64,000 nucleotides of DNA from Bacillota bacterium (GTDB lineage: Bacteria > Bacillota > Clostridia > Christensenellales > CAG-138). Of the stretch, positions 26,071 to 36,419 are shown one piece after another; position 1 is the stretch's first letter; each line of letters begins with the position of its first letter. A program made the position numbers and the translations under genes. The notes beneath the pieces are model-generated. The model did not search any database. It had not been told where the DNA came from and saw only the letters and a list, made by a program, of their open reading frames with translations. The DNA is taken from the NCBI GenBank assembly GCA_016286445.1, contig JAEESS010000007.1:3318-67317 (forward strand). The letters run 5' to 3'.

Positions 26071-27185
26071 CTGCAACCGTTTTTCTGATAGGATTTCTTC
26101 CAAATCCAAGAATATATAAGAGAATTGCATTAGCCCAAAATTACAGTAATGTTCATCTGATATGTTGGGATAGAGGAAAGGAGATGCTGGAAAGCCCAAC
26201 GGGACGCGGCTTTTCATGCAATATCATCAGAATCAATGCAGGTAATGATCCTGTGTCAAGAGTGTTTCCTTTTGAAAAGTTTAAAAAAAAGGCGTTAGAG
26301 ATTCTTACGGAAAAACATCCGGACATAATACATGTTCAAGGGCTAGACATGCTTCAAATTGCCTGTAAGTATAAGTCCATTCACAAGCATGTACATATTA
26401 TTTATGAAATCGCAGACCTTCATAGATTGCTCGTAGATAAACAAACCGGCATATTGAGGGCGTTGGCTCAAAAGTATTTGTTGTGGTTGGACCATAAATG
26501 CAGCAAACAGATTGATTTGCTAATTGTTACTTCTCAACAATACTATACCACGTATTTTTCATCATTCATTCCTAAAGAGAAAGTGATGTTCTTTCCGAAT
26601 ATACCTGATTTATCCGTTTTTGACACTTATCAAAAGAAAGAAAACCACGAACAGTTCACAATTGGTTATTTCGGCGTAATCCGGTATAAAAATGAGATAA
26701 GACTATTGATTAATTCCTTAACGAAACACAATGCGAGATTAATCATTGCAGGTTACGAAGAAAACGGAACGGATATAGAGGAGCTATGCAGAAATCGTTC
26801 AGATATTGAATGGAAAGGCAGATATGATTTCAAGAACAGTGCAGCCTCTTTATATTCACAATGTGATTGTATTTACGCTGTATATGATGCAAGTATGTCA
26901 AATTGCAAAGTAGCATTACCGAATAAACTCTATGAAGCAGTTTATTGCGAATTACCGATTCTGGTTGCAGATCAGACACACGTCGGTGATATTGTACGAA
27001 AGCAGCATGTTGGCATTCCCGTTGCGCATGACTCCCAATCAGCGATAGATTCAGCATTAGCCAGGTTGGAGAACAAAGAAGAGTATGACGGCTTTGTTAG
27101 TGGATGCAAACGATATAAGAAAGAGCTTGATTTAGAGCGTTATAATAATGAATTAGTAAAGAGGATAGAAGCTTTTATATCATAA
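26067..27185 (+). CDS. GT-B fold glycosyltransferase (GT4-like)
   Basis: 372 aa. C-terminal ...ALPNKLYEAVYCELPILVADQTHVGDIV... resembles the GT4 donor-binding segment. Confidence 0.6.
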   Translation: MTATVFLIGFLPNPRIYKRIALAQNYSNVHLICWDRGKEMLESPTGRGFSCNIIRINAGNDPVSRVFPFEKFKKKALEILTEKHPDIIHVQGLDMLQIACKYKSIHKHVHIIYEIADLHRLLVDKQTGILRALAQKYLLWLDHKCSKQIDLLIVTSQQYYTTYFSSFIPKEKVMFFPNIPDLSVFDTYQKKENHEQFTIGYFGVIRYKNEIRLLINSLTKHNARLIIAGYEENGTDIEELCRNRSDIEWKGRYDFKNSAASLYSQCDCIYAVYDASMSNCKVALPNKLYEAVYCELPILVADQTHVGDIVRKQHVGIPVAHDSQSAIDSALARLENKEEYDGFVSGCKRYKKELDLERYNNELVKRIEAFIS

Positions 27186-27212
27186 TTGAAAGGTTCAAGG
27201 GAGAATAAGACT

Positions 27213-28433
27213 ATGGTAAACGTAATCGGTTTGGGGTACATCGGACTTCCGACGGCGATGATGTTGGCGTCACACGGCGTTGAGGTCATCGGAACGGACT
27301 ACAATAAGGAACTGGTAGCCACGCTGAACGCAGGCAAAATGACGTTCAAGGAAAAAGGAATAGACGAGCTGTTCCAAGAAGCGGTCGCTGCCGGAATCAA
27401 GTTTACAACGGAATATCAGGTGACGGATACTTACATCGTTTCGGTTCCGACGCCCTATGATAAGTTCAGCAAGAAGGTCGATGCCTGTTATGTCGTTGCT
27501 GCGGTCAAGGATGTCATGAAGGTCTGTCCGAAGGGCGCGACAGTCGTCATCGAATCCACCGTTTCGCCGGGAACGATCGAAAAGTATGTCCGTCCGGTCA
27601 TTGAGGCAAACGGCTTTACGATCGGCGAGGATCTGAACCTGGTCCATGCGCCGGAGCGCATCATTCCGGGCAACATGGTCTATGAGCTGCTGCACAACAA
27701 CCGTACCATCGGTGCGGACGACCGTGCGATCGGCGAAAAGATCAAGGAGTTGTATGCATCCTTCTGTCAGGGCGAGATCGTCGTGACCGACATTAAGACC
27801 GCCGAAATGACCAAGGTCGTGGAGAATACCTTCCGCGCGGTTAATATTGCGTTTGCAAACGAGCTTGCAAAAATCTGCCGCCATGACAACATGGATGTGT
27901 ACGAGATCATCCGCATCTGCAACATGCATCCGCGCGTGAACATTCTGCAACCGGGCCCCGGCGTCGGCGGACACTGTATTTCCGTCGATCCGTGGTTCCT
28001 GGTCGGCGATTATCCGTCGCTTGCCAAGGTCATCGACGAGTCGATGAAGACCAACGACGGGATGCCGGATTTCGTGCTCAACCGCATCTATGAGATTATG
28101 AAAGAAAAAGGCATGACCGATATCAGCCGCGTCGGTCTTTACGGTCTGACCTATAAGGAGAATGTGGACGATATGCGCGAGTCTCCCACGCTGCAGCTTC
28201 TGGAAAGTCAGGAACGTCACCTTGCCACCGGACTCAAGGTCTATGATCCGTTCATCGAGAAGGACGTCGTCGCAAATCAGTATCACAACCTGGACAAATT
28301 CCTTGCAGCGGTCGATTTCGTGGTCATTATGGTCAAGCACAACGAGATCAAGGAAAACATGGACAAGCTTGCCGGCAAGGTCGTTTTGGATTGCCACAAC
28401 ATTTGCAAACTGCCGGGCGTGTATCATATTTGA
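27213..28433 (+). CDS. wecC: UDP-N-acetyl-D-mannosamine dehydrogenase (WecC/Cap5O-like)
   Basis: MVNVIGLGYIGLPTAMMLASHG...GPGVGGHCISVDPWF (catalytic Cys). Visibly GC-richer than its neighbours. The track start 27186 (TTG) is less likely than ATG 27213 behind AAGGGAG. Confidence 0.85.
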   Translation: MVNVIGLGYIGLPTAMMLASHGVEVIGTDYNKELVATLNAGKMTFKEKGIDELFQEAVAAGIKFTTEYQVTDTYIVSVPTPYDKFSKKVDACYVVAAVKDVMKVCPKGATVVIESTVSPGTIEKYVRPVIEANGFTIGEDLNLVHAPERIIPGNMVYELLHNNRTIGADDRAIGEKIKELYASFCQGEIVVTDIKTAEMTKVVENTFRAVNIAFANELAKICRHDNMDVYEIIRICNMHPRVNILQPGPGVGGHCISVDPWFLVGDYPSLAKVIDESMKTNDGMPDFVLNRIYEIMKEKGMTDISRVGLYGLTYKENVDDMRESPTLQLLESQERHLATGLKVYDPFIEKDVVANQYHNLDKFLAAVDFVVIMVKHNEIKENMDKLAGKVVLDCHNICKLPGVYHI

Positions 28434-28467
28434 CGGCAGAACACTACGTAAGAATCTGGGTGAGAAA

Positions 28468-29244
28468 ATGGCAAAAATCAAACAGCTTTTGAGAAAAGTC
28501 AAGAGACTGATACTGAAAAACCGGATCAAAAAACATGAGAAACTATTTGATCGGTTATCATATTGCTTCTTTCCCTGTGAAAAGAGCAAAACGTTGATCG
28601 TCGTATTTTCGGCATTCCCCGGAAAGGACTGTCCGCCGGTCTATAATTATCTAACAACGCTCTCCGGAATCAAAGCCAACAAACTGTTTCTGTTGGACGA
28701 TGTTTGGAATCCGGTCAATGTCGGAAGCTATTACCTCGGAAAGGACGGGGATTGGTATCTTGAACAGGATGTTTTGGACCTTTTACAGAAGATAAAAGCC
28801 GAGCATGCGTATGATAAAGTGATCACCGTCGGCTCCAGCAAGGGCGGCACATCCGCGCTGTATTTCGGAATAAAAACGGAGGCGGATACTTGTATCATCG
28901 GCGCACCGCAGTATCATGTGGGAAGTTATCTGTCATCCGAGCATTCGAGACCGATTTTGAAGGTGATCATGGGCGACAGCAGTCAGTCGTCCATTGATAA
29001 ACTCAACAGCTATATCGTTGATGAAATGCGGAAAGATCATTCGAAAAAATCTACGATCTATATCCATTATTCTCCGAAAGAGCATACGTATAAGGATCAT
29101 ATCAAGGACATGATTGCAGATTTGCATGAAAATGGCTATCAGGTGATCGAAGATAATGCATACGATTATGAACAGCACAGCGATGTCGCTAAGCATTTCC
29201 CTGCTTACCTTGTAAGTACCGTTAAGCGTGAAATACAGGATTGA
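28468..29244 (+). CDS. Alpha/beta-hydrolase-fold protein of unknown role
   Basis: KTLIVVFSAFPG...LFLLDD...ITVGSSKGGTSALYFG (GxSxG elbow). The track ORF 28162 start overlaps wecC and is rejected. Confidence 0.45.
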   Translation: MAKIKQLLRKVKRLILKNRIKKHEKLFDRLSYCFFPCEKSKTLIVVFSAFPGKDCPPVYNYLTTLSGIKANKLFLLDDVWNPVNVGSYYLGKDGDWYLEQDVLDLLQKIKAEHAYDKVITVGSSKGGTSALYFGIKTEADTCIIGAPQYHVGSYLSSEHSRPILKVIMGDSSQSSIDKLNSYIVDEMRKDHSKKSTIYIHYSPKEHTYKDHIKDMIADLHENGYQVIEDNAYDYEQHSDVAKHFPAYLVSTVKREIQD

Positions 29245-29291
29245 ACAAAGGTTGGTATGAACAAACGTTCGGATTATTACAGGAAACACAA

Positions 29292-30476
29292 ATGTTGGAT
29301 CATGTTTTGATTATAAAGTTACAGGCATATAACAGCTTATCATCATCCAATATGCGCATGCTGGCCATGATGAAAGGGCTTAATGAACTGGGGTATAAAA
29401 TGGACTTGCTTTGTACCCCGGTCAGTGCTGTTACGCATATTAATGATATGAGCGACTATGCGTTTCTGAAGGGCGTCAATATCATTACAACTTCACAAAA
29501 CAAGGCGTATGAGAGCTTGGTATCCTCTCCGAAGGGAACAAAAAAGGGACTGAAGCAAAAGCTGCTTCCCGTACTCAGAAAGGTGTATCATAAGTTATCC
29601 CTTTATACAAGCTCATCAACAATAGCAAAGAAGCTGACGTTGGATATTCTTCCGCGAAAAGAATATCAGTATGTCATTTCCGTTTCTGATCCGAAGATTT
29701 CTCAAATTGCGTTAAGAGCGCTGCTAAAGGATGGTTTAAGAAGTGAAAAGGTGATCGAATACTGGGGGGATCCGATGACCGGTGACATTACACAGAGGGC
29801 AATTTATCCGGAGTTTATCATCAAAAGAGAAGAAAGAAAATACCTTAAGATCGCGGACAGAATTGTATACACATCCCCGTTTACTTTGGAGATGGAGCAG
29901 AAAACGCATCCGATGTATGCGGATAAAATGCTTTTTGTTCCGACAGCGAACGCATTCCGAAAGATATACCCGGATACGAAGAACGATTTGTTTACGGTCG
30001 GGTATTACGGCGCTTATCATTCCGGGATCAGGAATATTATGCCGCTTTACAATGCGTTTTCTTCTTTGATAGGGATTGCAAAGCTCAATCTGGTCGGCGA
30101 CTCGGATTTGCAATTACAGCCTACTGAGAATATCATGATCCGCCCGCGGGGAGTTGTAAAGGACTTGGAAGAACAAACCGATTTGTTTGTTTGCGTTTTG
30201 AACAGTTCAGGGACGCAGATCCCCGGAAAGCTCTACCATAATGCAGCAACAAACCGTCCGATCCTTGTCATTCTTGACGGGGAGCGGCAAGATGAAATGC
30301 GAGAGTACTTGGAATCGTTTGATCGGTTTATCCTTTGCGGTAATTCGGAGACGGAAATCGCATCCGCAATCAAATCTGTTATGAACGACAAGAGGGTATG
30401 GGAGCCGTGTAAATTGTTGGAGCCCAAAACAATTGCTGCAAAAATCATCGATTTTGATGGGGAAACAAAGGAATGA
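29292..30476 (+). CDS. Putative GT-B fold glycosyltransferase
   Basis: MLDHVLIIKLQAYNSLSSSNMRMLAMMKGL... and C-terminal ...GTQIPGKLYHNAATNRPILVILDG.... Start uncertain (TTG 29241 or ATG 29292). Confidence 0.45.
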   Translation: MLDHVLIIKLQAYNSLSSSNMRMLAMMKGLNELGYKMDLLCTPVSAVTHINDMSDYAFLKGVNIITTSQNKAYESLVSSPKGTKKGLKQKLLPVLRKVYHKLSLYTSSSTIAKKLTLDILPRKEYQYVISVSDPKISQIALRALLKDGLRSEKVIEYWGDPMTGDITQRAIYPEFIIKREERKYLKIADRIVYTSPFTLEMEQKTHPMYADKMLFVPTANAFRKIYPDTKNDLFTVGYYGAYHSGIRNIMPLYNAFSSLIGIAKLNLVGDSDLQLQPTENIMIRPRGVVKDLEEQTDLFVCVLNSSGTQIPGKLYHNAATNRPILVILDGERQDEMREYLESFDRFILCGNSETEIASAIKSVMNDKRVWEPCKLLEPKTIAAKIIDFDGETKE

Positions 30477-31615
30477 TCAAAAAGCTATGTGTTATTTCGG
30501 CATATTATCCGTCTGAAAACGATCCGCATTATGCGTTTGTCGGAACGTTGATCAGTGCAATCGCCGATCAGGGAATTGAATGTCATGTGATTTCTCCGGT
30601 TTCCAATATGGAGAAACAACACAGAGCGGAATCCAGAATTGAGACAACGCTGAACGGCGCAAAAATCCATGTGTATTGTCCGTCCTATACGGTTTTTCCG
30701 AGTAGAAGGATTTTTGGCTATGAGACATATCGTCTTACCGTTTCATCGAAGCAGCGTGCGATTCGTAAAACCTTTGAAAGGTATATTCATGATTGCGATG
30801 CAATCTATTCCCATTTCATCGACTCCGGGGTGCATGCGGCGCTGTTGTCTGAAAAAACAGGGGTTCCGGCGTTTGTTGCCATCGGTGAGAGCAATCTTAA
30901 CAATAAACAGCTGAACTATTCACTGTATATGAAGGAACTGCAGAGATATATTAAAGGCGTGGTGTCTGTATCTTCTGAGCTAAAGAAAGATGCGCTTGAT
31001 ATCGGCATATTCTCTGCAGAGACGCCGATCGAAGTCTTTCCGAACAGCATCGATACGGATCTTTTCAAGCCGATGGATAAAGCCGAACAGCGAAAGAATC
31101 TGGGGTTATCCGATACGGATTTTGTCGTTTCCTTTGTAGGCGGTTTTATCGAGCGAAAGGGCTTTGATAAGGTACAGCAGATTATCAGACGCCATCCGGA
31201 TTGGAAGTGTATTCTGATCGGAGGCGGGGATATCCCCATAACCGTTCCCAAAGAACAAATTGCTTTCGCCGGAAGGATCAGTCACGACCGGATACCGGCA
31301 TATCTTTGTGCATCCGACGTATTTGTTCTTCCTACAAAGGCGGAAGGCTGCTGCAATGCGATCGTCGAGGCGATGGGGTGCGGGTTGCCGATCGTTTCCT
31401 CCGATAGAGGGTTTAATTACGACATTTTGAATCGCGAGTATGCGATTCTGGTCGATCCGGAGAATATTGACGAAATTGAACAAGCGTTGATGACATATGC
31501 ATCTGATCAGCAGCTCCGAAAGGAACATGCGGACAAAAGCTTGCAGGCGGGCAAGCTCTTGTCGATCGAAAACCGTGCAAACGGAATTGTTCGTTTTATG
31601 GAGAAGAATCTATGA
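30473..31615 (+). CDS. Glycosyltransferase family 4
   Basis: ...FVGGFIERKGFDKV...LPTKAEGCCNAIVEAMGCGLPIVSS... (EX7E region). Confidence 0.85.
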   Translation: MIKKLCVISAYYPSENDPHYAFVGTLISAIADQGIECHVISPVSNMEKQHRAESRIETTLNGAKIHVYCPSYTVFPSRRIFGYETYRLTVSSKQRAIRKTFERYIHDCDAIYSHFIDSGVHAALLSEKTGVPAFVAIGESNLNNKQLNYSLYMKELQRYIKGVVSVSSELKKDALDIGIFSAETPIEVFPNSIDTDLFKPMDKAEQRKNLGLSDTDFVVSFVGGFIERKGFDKVQQIIRRHPDWKCILIGGGDIPITVPKEQIAFAGRISHDRIPAYLCASDVFVLPTKAEGCCNAIVEAMGCGLPIVSSDRGFNYDILNREYAILVDPENIDEIEQALMTYASDQQLRKEHADKSLQAGKLLSIENRANGIVRFMEKNL

Positions 31616-32859
31616 ACCGTTCTCTGGGATTACGGATAAATTGTCAAATACTAAGCAAAGTATTGTTTGCTTTTTATATTGTATATACAAACGTCCTAAG
31701 CTATTCGCTTTTCTTTGTACGAGGATTGTCTTCTGCGTTACTGATCGGCGCAATTGCATTGCAATTGCTGCATGAAAGATTTAGGATCCGTTTGGATAGA
31801 AGCCTGATTGCATTGCTGGTTTTTGCAGCATATTTGTTATTGTCGGGTTTGCTTGTCGCCTATGATTACAGCAAGACATTTAGTACGGTCCTATCATTTT
31901 TGGAGTATTTGGGTGTTTTTTATTTGGTGGTTTATTATATTCAATCTGACAACAAACCGGATTTTCCTATGTATGTTTTTATCATACAAGCGATCGCAGC
32001 AACACTCATCTTGATTCTGAATGGCGTCGGGGTGAAAAGAGTCAGCATTGCTGAAAACGTAAATGTAAATACCATCGGTGTAACACTTACATTTGCGATA
32101 GGGTTTGTTTTATATTTATTGATTGCAAGGAAAAACAGCGCTGTTAAGTGGGGAATCAGCATTACAGCGATTGCAGTTTTGCTTATTGGTGTATTATTGA
32201 CTGTTTCCAAGAAAGCAATTATCGGCGGCGCTGCTTTGATTATACTGTGGACGGTTCTCTGCTATCGTTATACGTTTGCACGAATTAAGTGGTTTTGGAA
32301 ACTCTTTCTTGTTGCTGTACTAGTATTCTCCGGAATACTCATATATAGGTGGTACACTTCAAGATACGCGCTTCAGATGGAAGTGTTTATGTTTCGAATG
32401 AGCGAGACGTATGTTGGTGACAGTGATCAGGAAAGGATAGAATTGTTTAAAGAAGGACTACTGCTTTTCCTTTCTCATCCATTCTTCGGTGTGGGATTTA
32501 ACAATGCAAGATACTATACTTCGTGGAGCACCTACACACATTGTCTGTATAGTGAAATGTTGGCATGTACGGGTATTATTGGGACGCTGATCTTTGGATA
32601 TACGCTCGTCCGACCGTGGGTGATCATCTCAAGGAAACGGGAATCATACAAACGGACAGATCTAATTCTCAATACGCGCACAAAATACTTGTTAGCGATA
32701 TTTGTCGTTTTCTTTGCAATCAGCTTTACAACGATTGCGTTTTATGCACAAAACCTGATGTATATTGTGGCGGTCGTCGCAGGATATGCGATCACAACGC
32801 CGCTTGCGAGAGAGGAAGAAAGGAATGCAGCAGATGAAAAGATTACGCTCGTTTGTTAA
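31612..32859 (+). CDS. wzy: O-antigen polymerase/ligase-like membrane protein (Wzy candidate)
   Basis: 415 aa with 10 or more hydrophobic segments and a larger loop ...RMSETYVGDSDQERIELFKEG.... Lies among GT genes with a separate Wzx. No strict motif exists for Wzy. Confidence 0.65.
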   Translation: MNRSLGLRINCQILSKVLFAFYIVYTNVLSYSLFFVRGLSSALLIGAIALQLLHERFRIRLDRSLIALLVFAAYLLLSGLLVAYDYSKTFSTVLSFLEYLGVFYLVVYYIQSDNKPDFPMYVFIIQAIAATLILILNGVGVKRVSIAENVNVNTIGVTLTFAIGFVLYLLIARKNSAVKWGISITAIAVLLIGVLLTVSKKAIIGGAALIILWTVLCYRYTFARIKWFWKLFLVAVLVFSGILIYRWYTSRYALQMEVFMFRMSETYVGDSDQERIELFKEGLLLFLSHPFFGVGFNNARYYTSWSTYTHCLYSEMLACTGIIGTLIFGYTLVRPWVIISRKRESYKRTDLILNTRTKYLLAIFVVFFAISFTTIAFYAQNLMYIVAVVAGYAITTPLAREEERNAADEKITLVC

Positions 32860-33736
32860 ATATGCTATGAAAAAAGGCTTTTTCAATTGCCTCGGTGATG
32901 AACCGTATCTAAAGCTGTTTTATTGGATCTATATGGGAAAAAGATTGAACCTCAAGAACCCGAAACGGTTTACCGAGAAGCTGCAGTGGTTGAAGATTCA
33001 TGACCGAAAACCGTATTACAGTACGATGGTTGACAAGTATGCGGCAAAAGAGTACGTTGCGGGAATCATTGGGCAGGAGTATATTATCCCGACGTACGGC
33101 GTTTGGGATTCGCCGAGAGACATCGATTTTGATGCACTCCCCGATCAATTCGTCTTGAAGACGACACATGATTCCGGAACGGTCAGAATCATTGATAAAT
33201 CAAAAGGCTTTGATAAAGAAGCTCTGATCGATTATTTCGAAGGGAGACAGAAAAGGAATCTGGGTATTATTGCAAGGGAGTGGCCGTATAAGCAGGTAAA
33301 ACCGCGCATTATTGCGGAACAGTATCTAGAAGGGCCAGAAACGGCATCGGGAGAGCATGACGTCAGAGATTATAAGTTCTTTTGTTTTAATGGAATCGTC
33401 AAGTGTATGAAGGTCGATTACAACAGATTTACCTGTCATCATACAAATTATTACGGTAGGAATAAAGAACGGCTGCCTTTTTGCGAAAGGCGTCTTCCGA
33501 GTGACGACAGTCAAACGATCGAACTACCCGTTCATTTTGATGAAATGGTGTCCCTTGCTGAAATGCTTGCAAAGGATATACCTTTCTTAAGAGCCGATTT
33601 TTATGAGGTCAATGACAAGGTTTATTTCGGGGAACTGACATTTTTCCCGGCTTCCGGAGCAAGCAGTCCCTTTGAACCGGATGAATGGGATTATACGCTT
33701 GGAAGCTGGATCAAGCTTCCGAATGAAGAACAATAA
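32825..33736 (+). CDS. TupA-like ATP-grasp protein
   Basis: NLKNPKRFTEKLQWLKIHDRKPYYSTMVDKYAAKEYV...FVLKTTHDSG...DYKFFCFNG...RADFYEVNDKVYFGELTFFP is the characteristic ATPgrasp_TupA pattern. Confidence 0.7.
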   Translation: MQQMKRLRSFVKYAMKKGFFNCLGDEPYLKLFYWIYMGKRLNLKNPKRFTEKLQWLKIHDRKPYYSTMVDKYAAKEYVAGIIGQEYIIPTYGVWDSPRDIDFDALPDQFVLKTTHDSGTVRIIDKSKGFDKEALIDYFEGRQKRNLGIIAREWPYKQVKPRIIAEQYLEGPETASGEHDVRDYKFFCFNGIVKCMKVDYNRFTCHHTNYYGRNKERLPFCERRLPSDDSQTIELPVHFDEMVSLAEMLAKDIPFLRADFYEVNDKVYFGELTFFPASGASSPFEPDEWDYTLGSWIKLPNEEQ

Positions 33737-33748
33737 GAGGTTTATAGG

Positions 33749-34825
33749 ATGAGAGTAATGTTGCATGGAGCGGTGAATATGAGTAACTATGGAGATTACA
33801 TATTTGCCGAGTTATTCTATCAATCACTTTTGAATAATGGGGTACAAGTAGAGTTTTATACGCATCCCAAGTATGGTATAAGCAGTTATTTTCAGAAGCA
33901 TCTCGATTATAAGCCTGAAACGCGAAATTACAAAAAGCTATTACATCAATGTGATGCCTTTATTTTTTTCTCGGGCGGATATATCGCTGAACCAAGAAAA
34001 AAAGGCTTTTTGGCAGAAACACGTCATATTCATCGGTATTTGTATCCGGCTTCTTTGTTTATGAAAGCAGGAAAGCCGATTTATGTTATGGGTGTTGGAG
34101 CTGGACCGTTTGATGAAAATGCTGCATTCAGTAAAAGAGCCAGAGAGATTCTTAATTATGCGACAGTTATTACAGTCCGGAATGAAGAGTCACTGCAGTA
34201 TTGTAAAGAGTTCGGGATAAATAACGATATTCAGGTAACGGCCGATACCGCCTTGGTGATCAAAGAGTTTCTGGATCGGGAAAAACAGGATGTACCGAGA
34301 TTTGAAACAGAAAACGGAAAGAAGATGCTTCTGTTCCATATCGACAGCAATGCGGAAGTGACGGCAAAATTGAAGGAGATCGTTGTTCCGGCAACGATAC
34401 GCTTTTTGAAAGCGCACCCCGATTATCAGCTGTATCTGGCTGCTGACGGGATAAAGCGTGATTCGCACTATCAGGAATATGAAACGATATTTGCGGGATG
34501 CGATCCGATTACTTTGAAATATGATGATCCGTGGAAATTGACGCGACAGATTGAGCGCGCGGATCTGATCATCACGACAAAGCTGCATGTCGGCATCGTT
34601 GGCTCTGCGCTGGGCAGATCGGTCGTTTCGTTCCCGTTCGTTCCCAATAAAACATTACGTTTTTATAAGCAAATCGGCGAAGCAGACAGATGCGTCCCGC
34701 TGAAAGAAATCACAACGGAAAAAGCTTATCAAATGCTTGAAGCATATAAGGATCGGATGGTTACTGTGCCGCAGGAATTGATCGATAAGGCCAAGCTGAA
34801 TTTGGAGTTGCTTCCCAAAGAATAG
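33749..34825 (+). CDS. Polysaccharide pyruvyl transferase
   Basis: MRVMLHGAVNMSNYGDYIFAELF...FFSGGYI...ITTKLHVGIVGSALGRSVV (PS_pyruv_trans-like). Confidence 0.7.
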   Translation: MRVMLHGAVNMSNYGDYIFAELFYQSLLNNGVQVEFYTHPKYGISSYFQKHLDYKPETRNYKKLLHQCDAFIFFSGGYIAEPRKKGFLAETRHIHRYLYPASLFMKAGKPIYVMGVGAGPFDENAAFSKRAREILNYATVITVRNEESLQYCKEFGINNDIQVTADTALVIKEFLDREKQDVPRFETENGKKMLLFHIDSNAEVTAKLKEIVVPATIRFLKAHPDYQLYLAADGIKRDSHYQEYETIFAGCDPITLKYDDPWKLTRQIERADLIITTKLHVGIVGSALGRSVVSFPFVPNKTLRFYKQIGEADRCVPLKEITTEKAYQMLEAYKDRMVTVPQELIDKAKLNLELLPKE

Positions 34826-34847
34826 TTGATCAAAGGTCGCTATTGAA

Positions 34848-36383
34848 ATGAGAAAAAAGAAAGCACTTATAAATACGATTTTTTCGATGCTGTTGGAAGT
34901 GATCACGGTTGTTGCCGGGTTTATCCTTCCCAGATTGTTCATCGGAACGTTTGGATCGGAAGTCAACGGGTTGGTGTCTTCGATAACAAGTTTTATCGGT
35001 TACATCACGCTTCTTCAATCCGGCGTCGGAACGGTCGCCAAGGCTGCCATGTACAAGCCTCTGGCAAAGAAGGATCATGACAAGCTTTGCGTTATCGCAA
35101 AAACCGTAGAATCCTTTTTCCGGAAGATCGCATTTATTACCATCGCATATATAGCCGTTCTCGCAGGCCTGTTTCCGACGCTGATCGCGCCGGACACGGG
35201 ATCGTTTTTGTATACGGCTTCATTGGTGGTGATCATAGGCGTTAGCACCGCAGCGCAGTATTTCTTTGGCATTACGCACCAAATGCTGCTGGAGGCGGAT
35301 CAAAACTCCTATGTCTATTCAATCCTGCAGATTGCGACAGTCATCGTCAACACGGCGGTGTCCGTAGTTTTGATCAAAGCCGGTTGCTCGGTTCAGATCG
35401 TGAAACTGGGCAGTGCTGCTATCTTTGTATTGCGTCCGCTGCTGCTCAGCATCTACACCAAGAGGAAATATAAGCTTTACGGCAAATATGAGGTTGATAA
35501 TTCGCTGATCAAGCAACGCTGGGACGGCTTTGCGCAGGCGATAGCATATTTCATTCATTCAAAGACCGATATTTTTGTGCTGACGCTGTTTGCCAGATTC
35601 AGCCCAAATGTTTCATTGAGCCTGGTTTCCGTTTACAGCGTTTATCACTTGGTCACGACCGGTTTGACGTCATTTATCCGTGCGATTGAACGAGCAGTTA
35701 CGTCGGCACTCGGCAATATCATTGCATTGGGCGAGCGAGATACCCTTGTCAAGACATTTCAGGCATATAACAATTTCATGCATATTCTGTGTACGACGGT
35801 GTTTGCGACCGCAAGCATAACGGTGTTCAAGTTTGTCGGTATCTATGTCAAAAACATTACCGATGTGGAATATGTGCAATATGCATTCGGTTATATCATT
35901 ATTGCAGCCGAATATCTGTTTTGTTTGCGGTTACCGTACACCAGCCTCATCAATGCGGCAGGAAAGTTCAAAGAGACAAGAACCTCGGCAATCGTAGAAG
36001 CAGTCTCGAACATTGCTGTTTCTGTGATACTGGTATCGAGATTCGGGTTGATCGGCGTAGCGATCGGCACGTTTGTTGCTATGGCATATCGAACGGTTTC
36101 CTTTATGATCTTTTTGCATAAAGACGTTATCTGCTTGAGTATCGGCACACAGATCAAGAGGTATTTGCTTTCTTTTGTGATCTACGGGGCTTTGGTTTAT
36201 GCAGCTTCACTGATCAATATTCAAATCACACACTATGTGTCATGGATTCTTTATGCGGGAATTACGTTTGCGGCGACCGGCGCGGTTACATTACTGGTCA
36301 ATCTCCTTATCATGCGAAAAGAAACTGTTGCCGTAATCAAAACGTTCATCAGACGTCTGCCCAAAAAACGGGCGGATTCTTGA
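34848..36383 (+). CDS. wzx: MOP-superfamily oligosaccharide flippase (Wzx)
   Basis: 511 aa with about 12-14 TM segments. N-terminus MRKKKALINTIFSMLLEVITVVAGFILPRLFIGTFGSEVNGL is typical of polysaccharide-biosynthesis flippases. Confidence 0.75.
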   Translation: MRKKKALINTIFSMLLEVITVVAGFILPRLFIGTFGSEVNGLVSSITSFIGYITLLQSGVGTVAKAAMYKPLAKKDHDKLCVIAKTVESFFRKIAFITIAYIAVLAGLFPTLIAPDTGSFLYTASLVVIIGVSTAAQYFFGITHQMLLEADQNSYVYSILQIATVIVNTAVSVVLIKAGCSVQIVKLGSAAIFVLRPLLLSIYTKRKYKLYGKYEVDNSLIKQRWDGFAQAIAYFIHSKTDIFVLTLFARFSPNVSLSLVSVYSVYHLVTTGLTSFIRAIERAVTSALGNIIALGERDTLVKTFQAYNNFMHILCTTVFATASITVFKFVGIYVKNITDVEYVQYAFGYIIIAAEYLFCLRLPYTSLINAAGKFKETRTSAIVEAVSNIAVSVILVSRFGLIGVAIGTFVAMAYRTVSFMIFLHKDVICLSIGTQIKRYLLSFVIYGALVYAASLINIQITHYVSWILYAGITFAATGAVTLLVNLLIMRKETVAVIKTFIRRLPKKRADS

Positions 36384-36419
36384 CACCCATATGGACAGGA
36401 CAGAAAGAGGAAATAATAT

